64,000 nucleotides of DNA. Source: an uncultured bacterium. GTDB lineage: Bacteria > Armatimonadota > Hebobacteria > CAIYQO01. A program made the position numbers and the translations under genes. The notes beneath the pieces are model-generated. The model made no database searches. It was not told where the DNA came from and saw only the letters and a program-made list of their open reading frames with translations. The DNA lies in assembly GCA_903928345.1 (NCBI GenBank), contig CAIYQO010000198.1, forward strand, positions 4,325 through 68,324. Reading direction: 5' to 3'. Every line of letters starts with the position of its first letter. The first letter of the stretch is position 1. Shown here in pieces: positions 17,897-27,132 of the stretch.

Positions 17897-19023
17897 CAGT
17901 CTCCCCCCACTTCCCGCACGCACTCCGTCACGAACCGCGTCTGCGCCAGCGTGCGGTGGGGGTAGGCGGCGAGGGAAAGGATGAAGTGGTCCCACGGCGC
18001 ACCCTCCTGCACCAGCGCGTGGATGCTCTCGCGCACCGCGGGGAGGTCGTCCATCGGGTCGACGAGTTGGTGCACGCCGACCATCATGGTGATCGGCCCC
18101 AGATCGCGCCGGCCGTCCTGGACCGTGGCGTTGCCGGTGGTCGGCAGCGTGTAGGCGTGCACGGCGTCCATGCGCGTCTGCCGGTACAGCGGCAGCAGGT
18201 CGCGGATGAGGCCGCAGGAGTGGTGGAAGTACAGCTTGCCCGCCGCGTGCGTCACGTCGGCGCGGGCGTCGGTAAGGGCCAGGTTGCACGCCGCGAACAT
18301 CGCCGGGGAGATCGCCGTGGTCGAGGTGTCGTCCACGCTCACCACCACATCGATGTCCGACTGCACGCCCACCTGCAGGCGCCGCAGGTAGTTCGCCTCC
18401 ATCACCGCAAAACAGTCGCGCAGCGCGTCCGGCGCGTCGGCCCACAGGTAGGCCAGCGTGGCGACGCCGGAATACATGCGGAAGAACATCCCCAGCGGCG
18501 TGCCGTCCATCACCCCCAGCACCAGCCCGTCGTCGCCGACGAGTGCTCGCCGTGCGCGGGTGCGTTCCACGCCGACGGGGTCGAGGGTGATCTCCTCGTC
18601 CGCAAAAATGGCCGCCAGTGCCGGCAAATCCTCCGGGCCTTTCACCAGGTGCTCGGTCCAGTTGCTGGACACCGCGCCGGACGCGTCGCGGCAGACGCGG
18701 ATGGTCTCGCGCAATTCGCCGCACGGCGTGTGCCAGCGCTGCGTGGTGCTGTCGCTCTCCGTGACGCTTTCTACCGTCACGTCCCGCCGCGCGATCCGTA
18801 CCGCCGGCATGCCGAACCAATCCATGATATCCAGCCCCAGCGCGCGCGAGAAGGCCACCGTGGACGTGTCCCCCCATTGCACCTCGCCCAGCGCCGCATC
18901 CAACGCCGGGTCGATCCCCGTGCGGTCGGGCTGGTTGTACGGGTCCACGTGCCCGGTCAACGGCACCCACGCCGGCGTCTCGTGCCGAAAGATCCGCAAC
19001 ATATTCTCACGACGGGTAATCAT
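17881..19023 (-). CDS. Uroporphyrinogen-decarboxylase (URO-D) family protein, paralogue U1
   Basis: Track ORF 17881..19347. I moved the start to ATG 19023 (MITRRENMLRIF...). It has an HHSCG motif and URO-D-like layout. Its stop overlaps the GTG of the downstream gene. Confidence 0.6.
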   Translation of the reverse strand: MITRRENMLRIFRHETPAWVPLTGHVDPYNQPDRTGIDPALDAALGEVQWGDTSTVAFSRALGLDIMDWFGMPAVRIARRDVTVESVTESDSTTQRWHTPCGELRETIRVCRDASGAVSSNWTEHLVKGPEDLPALAAIFADEEITLDPVGVERTRARRALVGDDGLVLGVMDGTPLGMFFRMYSGVATLAYLWADAPDALRDCFAVMEANYLRRLQVGVQSDIDVVVSVDDTSTTAISPAMFAACNLALTDARADVTHAAGKLYFHHSCGLIRDLLPLYRQTRMDAVHAYTLPTTGNATVQDGRRDLGPITMMVGVHQLVDPMDDLPAVRESIHALVQEGAPWDHFILSLAAYPHRTLAQTRFVTECVREVGGDWGNEK

Positions 19024-19093
19024 GCCCCCAGTGTACGTCACGACGGCAGGAACGTCCAGCCATGCCGGCGGTGACGCAAAAGTCGTGGCAGAG

Positions 19094-19099
19094 TATAAT
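19094..19099 (+). promoter_or_regulatory. -10 box candidate (TATAAT) upstream of the nitrilase-family gene
   Basis: GAGTATAATA lies 28 nt upstream of ATG 19127 in the divergent intergenic region. Confidence 0.35.
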
Positions 19100-19126
19100 A
19101 CGTGCTCAGTGAAAGTGAGCGAACCT

Positions 19127-19891
19127 ATGCGCGTCGCCCTCCTCGTAACCCGCCCCACCCCGGATCGCGCGGCGAACCTGGCCGCGCTCCTCCAGCGTGC
19201 GGAGGACGCCGCGCGGGCCGGCGCGACGCTGCTCCTCTTCCCCGAGGCGGCGCTGACGGGGTTGCTCAACGACGACGACCCCGCCCACGACCTCCCGCTG
19301 GGCGAGACGATCCCCGGGCCGGCCACCGACGCGCTGGCCGCCTTCACCCGGCGCCGCGGCGTGTGGCTGGGCCTCGGGTTGCTAGAGCGCGACGGCGGGT
19401 GCCTTTATGACACGGCGGTGCTGCTCGATCCGCACGGGGAGACGCGCCTGCGCTACCGGCGCCTCCAGCCGCAATGGCACGGCCCGCAGGCCGACCCCGC
19501 GGTATATCGGCAGGGGTCGGAAATCGCCGTGACGTCGACACCCTTCGGCACGGTGAGCTTCCTGGTCTGCGGCGACCTGTTCGACGACGGCATCGTGGAT
19601 CGCCTACGGGCGGCGCGCCCCGACCTGCTCCTCGTCCCCTTCGCCCGCTGCTTCGCTGACGGCGCGGTAGAGCAGGCGCGGTGGGAGCGCGAGGAGTTAC
19701 CCGCCTATTGCGCCCGCGTGCGCCGAGTCGGCGTGCCAGCGCTGCTAGTCAACTACCTGGGCGACGCGCTGCTCGGTGACGGCAGCTTCGGGGGCGCGTT
19801 CGCCATCTCCACGCAAGGCGAAGTGCTGGCCGCGCTGCCGCTGGGCGTCGAGGAGACCCTGTACGTCGAGCTGGATGAGGTGACACGATGA
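19127..19891 (+). CDS. Carbon-nitrogen hydrolase (nitrilase superfamily)
   Basis: Track ORF 18458..19891. Its first 223 aa are antisense to U1, so I moved the start to ATG 19127. LLLFPEAAL (Glu) and SFLVCGDLF (Cys) are catalytic-type motifs. Confidence 0.75.
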   Translation: MRVALLVTRPTPDRAANLAALLQRAEDAARAGATLLLFPEAALTGLLNDDDPAHDLPLGETIPGPATDALAAFTRRRGVWLGLGLLERDGGCLYDTAVLLDPHGETRLRYRRLQPQWHGPQADPAVYRQGSEIAVTSTPFGTVSFLVCGDLFDDGIVDRLRAARPDLLLVPFARCFADGAVEQARWEREELPAYCARVRRVGVPALLVNYLGDALLGDGSFGGAFAISTQGEVLAALPLGVEETLYVELDEVTR

Positions 19892-19934
19892 CCCACCCCC
19901 ACCATGAAGCCAACCGCCCCGCAAGGGAGGACAC

Positions 19935-20390
19935 ATGACACCGGATTTGACCCTCACCTATATCGACGCGGATGAAACGTGGAAGGCGCGCATGGCTGAA
20001 GCGTGGGACGCTATGACCGCGCGGCATATGCACTTGACGGACGGGTTTACGCTGCTGGCGCTCGATGCCGGGGTGCCGGTCGGCCTCATCTCCGTCTACT
20101 GGCGCGACCTGCCGGCCCCGTTGGCGGAGGTGCAGGAGGGGTTCATCGATATCATCGGCGTGTCGGCCACCCACCGGCGGCGGGGCATCGCCACGACATT
20201 GGTCGCGATGGCGGCGGCGCGGGCACGGGCGCAGGGCGCCTACCAGTTGCGCGCGTGGAGTTCCGAGGACAAAACCGAGGCGATCCCCCTGTGGCAGCGG
20301 TTGGGCTTCGGGCTGTGCCCCGCCACCGTTTATCCGGGTGGGGTGACGGTGCGCGGCTACTTCGTCGCGCAGGTGTTATCACATGACTGA
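19935..20390 (+). CDS. GNAT family N-acetyltransferase
   Basis: GGGAGG RBS. THRRRGIATTLVAMAAARA is an acetyl-CoA binding motif. Confidence 0.85.
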   Translation: MTPDLTLTYIDADETWKARMAEAWDAMTARHMHLTDGFTLLALDAGVPVGLISVYWRDLPAPLAEVQEGFIDIIGVSATHRRRGIATTLVAMAAARARAQGAYQLRAWSSEDKTEAIPLWQRLGFGLCPATVYPGGVTVRGYFVAQVLSHD

Positions 20391-20420
20391 CAACTACATC
20401 CTCGCCGGTGAGCCGCGCTA

Positions 20421-20447
20421 GGCGGGCGAGGCGGGCGAGACGGGCGA
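20421..20447 (+). repeat. Three tandem nonamers
   Basis: GGCGGGCGA GGCGGGCGA GACGGGCGA. Confidence 0.8.
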
Positions 20448-20470
20448 GGCAGCCTGGGCTGAAACGCGCA

Positions 20471-20501
20471 GGGAGCACGGACTGCCACAGTCCGTGCTCC
20501 C
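20471..20501. terminator. Perfect 14-bp hairpin between convergent genes (bidirectional terminator candidate)
   Basis: GGGAGCACGGACTG-cca-CAGTCCGTGCTCCC. Confidence 0.6.
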
Positions 20502-20524
20502 TTCAGTCGTATTGCGGGAGGCGC

Positions 20525-21619
20525 TTATTGCGACTCGATCCGCCAGCGGTCCAGGTACACGGGGCCGGGGCCGCTGAAGTAGAACCACCAACGCGAGATG
20601 GTCGACACGCCGGTCAAGGCATTCAGCGGCAGGGTGAGTTCCACCCACTGGTTCGATTGCACCGCACCCGCGGAGACGGCGGTCGTGACACTCAACCACC
20701 CGGGCGCGGGGTTGGTGCCGACGTAATAGGCGTCGTTCTTGCTGGTGTTCCAATCGGAGAAGCCCCACAGGAGGCCGGTGATATTCCCCGCCGGGGCATA
20801 ATACCAGCCGCGGACGACGGCGGTGGTCGGGTAGGCGTACCCCAGGTCCGTTTCGCGCGTCCAGTCCCAGGCATGCTTATCGTAGCTAATGCAGGAGGTG
20901 CCGGAGAGCGGCGCGGAGCCCGGCACGGTGGTGACGAGGCTGGACGTCGAGAGATTCGGGTTATCGTTGGCGGTGCCCGAGCCATCGTCCCAGAGTACCT
21001 TTAAGCAGTTCGTACTCGAGGTCGTGACGACCGGAATCACCTCGTCCCCGTTGCGTCCGGAGTAGAAGGCACTGTCGACCGCGCCGGTCCCCTTCGACGT
21101 ATTCATCACTTCCACATGCCCATCGAGGAAACCGACGATGGTAGCCGCGCCGCCGTGGCGCGTGGTGGCGATGGCTTCCGAGGTCGAATGGCCGAAGAGA
21201 AAGCCCGGCGTGAGACTGTTGATCCAGATTGCGGGCACCGAGTTCATCGTGCCGTCCGCGGTGACCATCGTCTGTTCCGGCATTTTGAACTCGCCCAGCG
21301 CGCGCCCCGAGAGGTGGAAGGAACTCGGGCCGCCATTGTAAAAGTAGGCGTTCGTCACCGTTTTCCCGGCCGTCGGACAAATCATGACGCCTCTGTCGAG
21401 TGCCAACGCGCCCCAGACGGAATCCCCCGTGGGCAAGATTTCATCGTGGTCCTGCACATAGAGCTGAATGCCCGTGCCGATTTGCCGCTGGTTGTTCAGA
21501 CATGCCGTCTGCCGCGCTTTTTCGCGCGCCTTGGCGAACACCGGGAAGAGAATCGCCGCGAGAATCGCAATGATCGCGATTACGACAAGCAGCTCAATCA
21601 AAGTAAAGCCCTTTTTCAT
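20525..21619 (-). CDS. Prepilin-type N-terminal leader / DUF1559-like protein with a C-terminal W/Y/G-rich (carbohydrate-binding-like) module
   Basis: Track ORF 20525..21667. I moved the start to ATG 21619 (AGGAGG upstream). Motifs: [25 protein letters not shown] and GFLDGHVEV. Confidence 0.8.
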   Translation of the reverse strand: MKKGFTLIELLVVIAIIAILAAILFPVFAKAREKARQTACLNNQRQIGTGIQLYVQDHDEILPTGDSVWGALALDRGVMICPTAGKTVTNAYFYNGGPSSFHLSGRALGEFKMPEQTMVTADGTMNSVPAIWINSLTPGFLFGHSTSEAIATTRHGGAATIVGFLDGHVEVMNTSKGTGAVDSAFYSGRNGDEVIPVVTTSSTNCLKVLWDDGSGTANDNPNLSTSSLVTTVPGSAPLSGTSCISYDKHAWDWTRETDLGYAYPTTAVVRGWYYAPAGNITGLLWGFSDWNTSKNDAYYVGTNPAPGWLSVTTAVSAGAVQSNQWVELTLPLNALTGVSTISRWWFYFSGPGPVYLDRWRIESQ

Positions 21620-21768
21620 GGAGCCTCCTGCGATATGGTTTACTCCATCATACCACGCTCTCCCCAACTGTCAATAGATAAGTAGATAGTTATATATAAG
21701 TAGACGAAGTATATACCTGCGCTTCTATTCCTCACCGCAATCTATCAGCGATTGCAGGCCCCCCTTGT

Positions 21769-22923
21769 CTATCCAACCGCTTCCAATTCCGCATATGCCA
21801 GCGCCAGAAAGCGGTTGAGGCGGGCGAAGGTTTCGTCGTAGGTGGGGTAGAGCTTCACGATGGCCTGCGCGCAGAGGCTCACCGGGCGGCGGGTGGCGGC
21901 GCGGCGCAGGGCGGCGACTTTGGCGCACTGCGTCGGGGTGTCGTCGCTGAGGGAGACGGTGTTGATGACCGACGCGGCGAAGCCGATGCGCGGGGCGACG
22001 ACGGCGTCGAGGGCGTCCACATCGTTCCAGCCGCTCACTTCCAGCGTGGCGATCTCCGGGAAGACGGCGAGCAGGGCGTCCACGATGGGGGCCAGCGCGC
22101 CGCAGGTGTGGAAGCCCGTCACCGCCCCCTCGCCCGCCCGGATGCGCGCGTAGACGGGTACCAGCACGTCGCGGAAGAAGGCCGGGGTGATAAACGGCAC
22201 GTTCACCCAGTCGTCCGCCACGAAGGTGGTGGCCGGCAGCGCTTCCCCCAGGAAGGCCGCCCGCTCCCGCGCGAAGCGCAACCGCGCGTCGGCGAGGAAG
22301 GCCAGCGCGTCGGCTACGAAGGCGGGCCGCTCGGTGAGGTCGTCTACGAAGGCTTCGTAGCCGCGCAACTGCACGTAAATGTCCAGCGGGCCGCGGTGGA
22401 ACGGGGGGAAGCCGATGGTGAAGGCGCCGTCGTAGCGCTCCCGGTTCACCGCCTGCATGGCCGCGTATTTCGCCAGCAGGCGCGGCATGGCACCGGTGGC
22501 AGCGAAGTCGAACCGGCCCAGGGTGCGCAAGTCGGACGTCGCCGCCAGCAGGTGCGGCAGGAACTCCGGTACGCCGTCGGGCGTGTGGCGGATCTCCGCG
22601 CCGAAGAGGGTCATGTCCCAGTACCACCCCACGTCGGGGCCGGTGTGGAAGCCCGGCACGGTGTCGTCCGCCACGTTGTCCAGCCAGCAGAGCGCCTGGC
22701 GCAAGGTCAGCTCCAGTTGCCGCGCCGCGTCGTCGTGCCACTGGTCCGCGGTATACCCGAGCAGCTCCGGCCAGCCGATGTTCTCCATATAGCTGGTCAC
22801 CCGCACGCGCCCCGCGCCGGAGCGCGCGTCGCGCGCCGCAATGTCGGCCTCCCGCGCGGCGATGCCCGCCCGCAGCGCGGGAAGCAGGCGGTCCGGGGAT
22901 AAGGTAAGGGCTCGTGTCTCCAT
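21769..22923 (-). CDS. URO-D family protein, paralogue U2 (downstream of the glycyl-radical enzyme)
   Basis: Track ORF 21769..22989. I moved the start to ATG 22923 (METRAL...). Motifs: PLDIYVQLRGYEAFVDDL and GFHTCG. There is no CxxxCxxC motif. Confidence 0.6.
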   Translation of the reverse strand: METRALTLSPDRLLPALRAGIAAREADIAARDARSGAGRVRVTSYMENIGWPELLGYTADQWHDDAARQLELTLRQALCWLDNVADDTVPGFHTGPDVGWYWDMTLFGAEIRHTPDGVPEFLPHLLAATSDLRTLGRFDFAATGAMPRLLAKYAAMQAVNRERYDGAFTIGFPPFHRGPLDIYVQLRGYEAFVDDLTERPAFVADALAFLADARLRFARERAAFLGEALPATTFVADDWVNVPFITPAFFRDVLVPVYARIRAGEGAVTGFHTCGALAPIVDALLAVFPEIATLEVSGWNDVDALDAVVAPRIGFAASVINTVSLSDDTPTQCAKVAALRRAATRRPVSLCAQAIVKLYPTYDETFARLNRFLALAYAELEAVG

Positions 22924-23003
22924 CACGGATCTTTTCGCCTTCAAGCCACCGTTTCCCTCGTGGATGGGGGAAGTAAGGCTATATCGCAAAAGCGAATAAC
23001 GCC

Positions 23004-25190
23004 TTACCCCAGCCCCATCTCCGCCCGCAGCATCACCTCCGCCTGCATCTCCGGAGAGAGGCCGACGAAGTAGTCGCTGTAGCCGGCGACGCGGACGACG
23101 AGGTCACGGTGGTGCGCGGGGTGAAGCTGGGCGTCGCGCAGAGTGGCGGGGGCGACGACGTTGACTTGCGCCTCAAAACCGCCCAGGCGGAGGAAGGATT
23201 CCAGCATACCGTGCAGCGCCGCGGGCGCGGTACCGGGGGTGAAACGCATGTTGACGGCGATGCCCCCGAGCATGGGGGCGTGATCCCACTTGGTGACCGA
23301 GCGGATGGCCGCGGTGGGGCCGAGGGTTTCGCGCCCCTGCGCGGGGCCGGAGCCGTCGGCGAAGGGGAAGCCGGCGGGGCGGCCATCGGCGGAGGCGCAC
23401 GTGCCGCGCCCGAGCATTTCGTGCATGATCCAGCAGAAGAAGCCGGGCACCACCGCGTCGCCCCAGTAGCTGCGGTAGCGGGCGCACTCGACGCGCAGGA
23501 AGTCGGTAAGCGTCACCGCCAGCGCATCCACGGTGTCATCGTCGGTGCCATACTTGGGCACGCGCGCCAACTGCGCTCGCACCGCGGGAAAGCCGTCGAA
23601 ATTCGCCAGCAACGCCTCGCGCAGCGTAGCGAGGGGCAGCGTGCCGTCGGTAAAGACGCACCGGCGGATGGCGGCCAGCGCGTCGACCAGATTCGCCAGC
23701 CCGACGAAGGAGGACTCTACCCAGTTCACCCGCGCGCCCCCCTGGTCGATATCGCGTCCGCGGCCCAGACAGTCGTGCACGAAGCAGGAGAGGAGCGGGA
23801 AGCCGCCGCCCTGCGCGCGGCTCTGCATACACGCGTGCTGCTCCACCACCCCGGAGCGGATGACCTCGCGCAGCCGGGCGCGGAACCGATCGAGCAGGTC
23901 GTCGAAGCTCGCGAGTGCGGGCAGCGGCCCCGCCGCGCCACCCAGCGGCGGGATGCCCAGCACGTCGTGCAGGCACTGGATCAGGTTGTAGTACGGGCTG
24001 GCGACGTATACGTTGCTGCAGGCGACGGGGGTGATCTCCACGCAGGTGGAGTGGATGTACAGGCAGGCGTCGCGGAGGGGCAGCCCCTGATCGAGCAGGC
24101 CGCGGGTGATGACCTCGTCGTTGAAGAGGGCCGGGTGGCTGTAGCCGCGCGCCAGCAGCGCGCTCGCCAGCGCAAGCAGCTCGGGTGGGGTTTCCCGCGA
24201 CCAGCAGACGCCCACGCCGGGGTAGGCCAGCCGCACGTGGCCGATGGTTTGCGTGAAGAGGTAGCTCAGCGCGTTGGTGACATCGGCGCCGTGCTCGTCG
24301 CGCCCGCCGACCATCCACCCCACCGCCAACCCGCGCGGCGTGTATTCGTTCAGCAGCAGCGCCAGGCAGTCGATCAACTCCTGCGCCGCCTCCGGGGTGA
24401 TACGCCCGGCGGCCAGGTCGCGCGCGTAAAAGGCCCACAGATACCGGTCAGGCCGCCCGAGTTGGAAGAGGCACATGCGGTTGCCCGCGCAGAGGCAGAA
24501 GGTGAGAAAGTGCACGGCCTGCAACGCCTCGCGGAAGCTTTCCGGCGGATGCAACGGTACGCGGCGGCAGACACGAGCGATCTCCCGCAGCTCGGTCGCA
24601 CGCTCGGGGGTCGCGTCGGCGGCCAACGCCTCCGCGTGGTCGGCATACTTCGCGGCGAGCGCCGTCACGCCGTCCAGCGCCTCCAGGCAAGCGCGGTAAA
24701 AGCAGTCCTTTTCGTAGTCGTCGCCGCGCGAGGTGTCCAGCGCGTCGCGGAAGCGCTCGATGCGCGCGCGGAGGCCGGCGATGCCGTCGCGCAGCAACAG
24801 ATCGTAGTCCACCGCCATGTGGGCACGCTGGCCGTTGGCTTTGCTCGTTGCCGGTTCGCCATATTCCTGCCAGCGCGCCACCTCGGCGGCTTCCTCCGCC
24901 GTCAGCGGGCGCGGGGAGAACTTGCCCACCAGCAATTCGTCGGGATCGATAACCGGCGTAAGGCCGCGCAGAATCTCCCCCGCCAGCCGCCCGCGGCGCA
25001 GGATATGGCTGGCCTCCGCCCCGCTCCCCCACCACGACCGCGCCGCCAGCAACTCCACCTCCGGCCCCGCTCCGCAGCCGTCGTGCGCCGCCGCGAGGGC
25101 ATGCGCGCGCAGGCGCTCCACGCGCGGCGTGGCGGAGGTGAGGAGGGCGGTGGTGTTACTCATACCGGAAGTATTGCCAAAACCGCCCAT
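23004..25190 (-). CDS. Glycyl-radical enzyme, PFL-like / dehydratase-type (Cys-x-Glu)
   Basis: C-terminal DLVVRVAGYSDYFVGLS is the glycyl-radical fingerprint RVxG[YFW]. HSTCVEITP is the thiyl Cys with Glu at +2. The N-terminal pattern RVERLRAHAL...IDPDELLVG fits the family. ATG 25163 is an alternative start. Confidence 0.8.
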   Translation of the reverse strand: MGGFGNTSGMSNTTALLTSATPRVERLRAHALAAAHDGCGAGPEVELLAARSWWGSGAEASHILRRGRLAGEILRGLTPVIDPDELLVGKFSPRPLTAEEAAEVARWQEYGEPATSKANGQRAHMAVDYDLLLRDGIAGLRARIERFRDALDTSRGDDYEKDCFYRACLEALDGVTALAAKYADHAEALAADATPERATELREIARVCRRVPLHPPESFREALQAVHFLTFCLCAGNRMCLFQLGRPDRYLWAFYARDLAAGRITPEAAQELIDCLALLLNEYTPRGLAVGWMVGGRDEHGADVTNALSYLFTQTIGHVRLAYPGVGVCWSRETPPELLALASALLARGYSHPALFNDEVITRGLLDQGLPLRDACLYIHSTCVEITPVACSNVYVASPYYNLIQCLHDVLGIPPLGGAAGPLPALASFDDLLDRFRARLREVIRSGVVEQHACMQSRAQGGGFPLLSCFVHDCLGRGRDIDQGGARVNWVESSFVGLANLVDALAAIRRCVFTDGTLPLATLREALLANFDGFPAVRAQLARVPKYGTDDDTVDALAVTLTDFLRVECARYRSYWGDAVVPGFFCWIMHEMLGRGTCASADGRPAGFPFADGSGPAQGRETLGPTAAIRSVTKWDHAPMLGGIAVNMRFTPGTAPAALHGMLESFLRLGGFEAQVNVVAPATLRDAQLHPAHHRDLVVRVAGYSDYFVGLSPEMQAEVMLRAEMGLG

Positions 25191-25200
25191 TCCGTCAAGC

Positions 25201-26901
25201 TCATGCGGCCTGTTGCCAGGGCTGCCCGCTTTGCATAGTGTAGATGTCGCGCAGGGTTTGCAGGGTGTCGATTTCGTCGAGGGTTTTTTCGGGACGGAAG
25301 CGCACGATGCGGGCGAAGCGGAGGGCCACGCCGCCGGGGTAGGACGGGCTGAGCTGAATCTGGTTGAAGGCCACCTCGACGATGATTTCCGGCGGCACGG
25401 TCACGGTGTGGGCTTCCGGGTCAGTGGTCAGATCGAGCAGCGCGGTGGTGACCTCGGCGAATTCCTCGTCGGTCAGCCCTTTGAAGGTTTTGCCCACCTC
25501 CACCAGCGCGCCGGTGACGATGTCCCGCGCGGCGAGGTGGTAGTTTGACAGCCAGCCGGTGCGACGCCCGTACCCCCATTCCGCGGCGGTGATGACCAGC
25601 TCTACGGTGAGGGCTTCCTTGATCTTCAGCCACTCCCCGCCGCGCACGCCGGGGGTGTAAAGGCCTTCCAGCCGTTTGGCGACCAATCCCTCGTGGCCGG
25701 CGTCAATGGCCTGATCGAAAAAGGCCGCGCCCTCCTCCACCGTGACGGGCAGGCAGCGCGGCGTGAGAATGAGCACCGACCCGGCGGCGAGCACCTGCGT
25801 CAACTCGCCCCAGCGTTCGGCGTTCGTGGACTCCAGCAGCGAGCGCCCGTCGCGCAGCAACAGGTCGAAGAGGTAGACGCGCACCGGCGCCTCCGCGAGC
25901 AAACGCGGCACGTCGCGCACGCGGCGGAAGCGGCGCATCAACTCCGGGAAGGGCAGCACGGCGCCGTCCGCCCCGACCGCGACGACCTCGCCTTCCAATA
26001 TCGCCGTCTCCGCGGTTATCTGTGTGCGCACCGCCTCTACCACCTCAGGCAGGCTGGCGGTGATCTCCATCAGGTGACGCGTATAGAGGCGCACCTCCCC
26101 CCCGCGCTTGTGGATCTGCACCCGCGCGCCGTCCAGCTTGTACTCCAGCGCCAACGCACCGGCCTGGCGCACCCACGCGGCGGGCACGTCGTCCACCGCC
26201 TGCGCCAGCATGGGACGCAGCGGGGTGAAGAGGCCGATCTCCAGCCGCTCCAGCACCGCCGTGCCCTCGCTCAGCGCCAGAACGGCCAGCGTGCCGACAT
26301 CCCCCACCAGCATGAAGGCGCGCTGCACCAGCGCGAAGTCGGCGTCGATGGCCAGCGCGATGCCTTCCAGCAGCAGGCCTTCGTTCACGCCGTGGCGCAT
26401 CTCACCCACCACATTGCGCACCAGGAAAGCGGCCTCATCGGGGTCGGCGCGGCAAAGCAACTCGCGCAGCAGCAGCTCCTTCTCCCCGCGCGACCCGCCG
26501 CCGCCCAGCGCGGCGATCTGCACCAGCGTGGCATACACTTCGCCGACGGTGAGCGCCTCCGTTTCCTCCGCGCAGATGCCGCGCTGCTTGGGGAGGTTGA
26601 GGAAGATTGTCCGCACGCCCGAGGCGAAGTCGACGGCGCCGGTGGTCTGGCGCTGCAGCACGTCTTTCGGCTGCCCGAAGATGGGCTCGAGCGTGCGCCA
26701 CACCGCGGCGGCGCTGAGACGCAGCGCCGCCTGCTCTGCGGCGGGAAAGGCCTTGCCGATGAGCAGGCGCGCCGTCTGTTCCACCTCGTCGGGGGTCACT
26801 GCGGTGAGCGCCTCCGCCGCCAGTTGCCGCAGCGCGCGCCGGCTGCGTGTGCCCGCCATGCGCAGCCCGAAATCCGTCAATACACGAAAGGACGTCGCCA
26901 T
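25201..26901 (-). CDS. lig: ATP-dependent DNA ligase (Lig1/archaeal-type, three-domain)
   Basis: Track ORF 25201..26952. I moved the start to ATG 26901. EYKLDGARVQIH is the KxDG adenylation motif, and the length is typical. Confidence 0.85.
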   Translation of the reverse strand: MATSFRVLTDFGLRMAGTRSRRALRQLAAEALTAVTPDEVEQTARLLIGKAFPAAEQAALRLSAAAVWRTLEPIFGQPKDVLQRQTTGAVDFASGVRTIFLNLPKQRGICAEETEALTVGEVYATLVQIAALGGGGSRGEKELLLRELLCRADPDEAAFLVRNVVGEMRHGVNEGLLLEGIALAIDADFALVQRAFMLVGDVGTLAVLALSEGTAVLERLEIGLFTPLRPMLAQAVDDVPAAWVRQAGALALEYKLDGARVQIHKRGGEVRLYTRHLMEITASLPEVVEAVRTQITAETAILEGEVVAVGADGAVLPFPELMRRFRRVRDVPRLLAEAPVRVYLFDLLLRDGRSLLESTNAERWGELTQVLAAGSVLILTPRCLPVTVEEGAAFFDQAIDAGHEGLVAKRLEGLYTPGVRGGEWLKIKEALTVELVITAAEWGYGRRTGWLSNYHLAARDIVTGALVEVGKTFKGLTDEEFAEVTTALLDLTTDPEAHTVTVPPEIIVEVAFNQIQLSPSYPGGVALRFARIVRFRPEKTLDEIDTLQTLRDIYTMQSGQPWQQAA

Positions 26902-27044
26902 AGTAACAGTATGCGACACGGGGAGCCGTTGCGGTGTGTGGGTGTCAGCCAAAGGTGGGGAAAATCGACGGTGCGGGTGTGGATATCACCGGGGAAACGC
27001 CCCCTTTCCCTCTCGAAACGAGCCCCCGCGCATGGCTGTCGCCG

Positions 27045-27073
27045 TTGACACAGACACAGGCGCATGCTAGGAT
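27045..27073 (+). promoter_or_regulatory. Sigma70-like promoter candidate for asd
   Basis: TTGACA (27045-27050), 17 nt spacer, TAGGAT (27068-27073). Confidence 0.4.
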
Positions 27074-27132
27074 ACTATGCGCGCGAGTAGCCCATTCGCG
27101 GGCGCGCGGGCAGTAAATCGCCGGGAGGCAGT

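Noticed and set aside
23109-25238. 709-aa plus-strand ORF, and similar long ORFs (164..1426, 6945..8204, 8126..9346, 10576..11679, 12571..14037, 14187..15617, 16292..17458, 17956..19074, 25693..27048, 28249..29286, 30647..31927, 39379..40842, 39677..40696, 43352..44722, 59447..61240, 59467..61311, 61608..63047)
   Set aside because: All lie antisense to, or out of frame with, genes that carry unambiguous family motifs. Their translations are Arg/Gly/Ala/Pro/His-rich low-complexity strings, typical of stop-poor alternative frames in GC-rich DNA.
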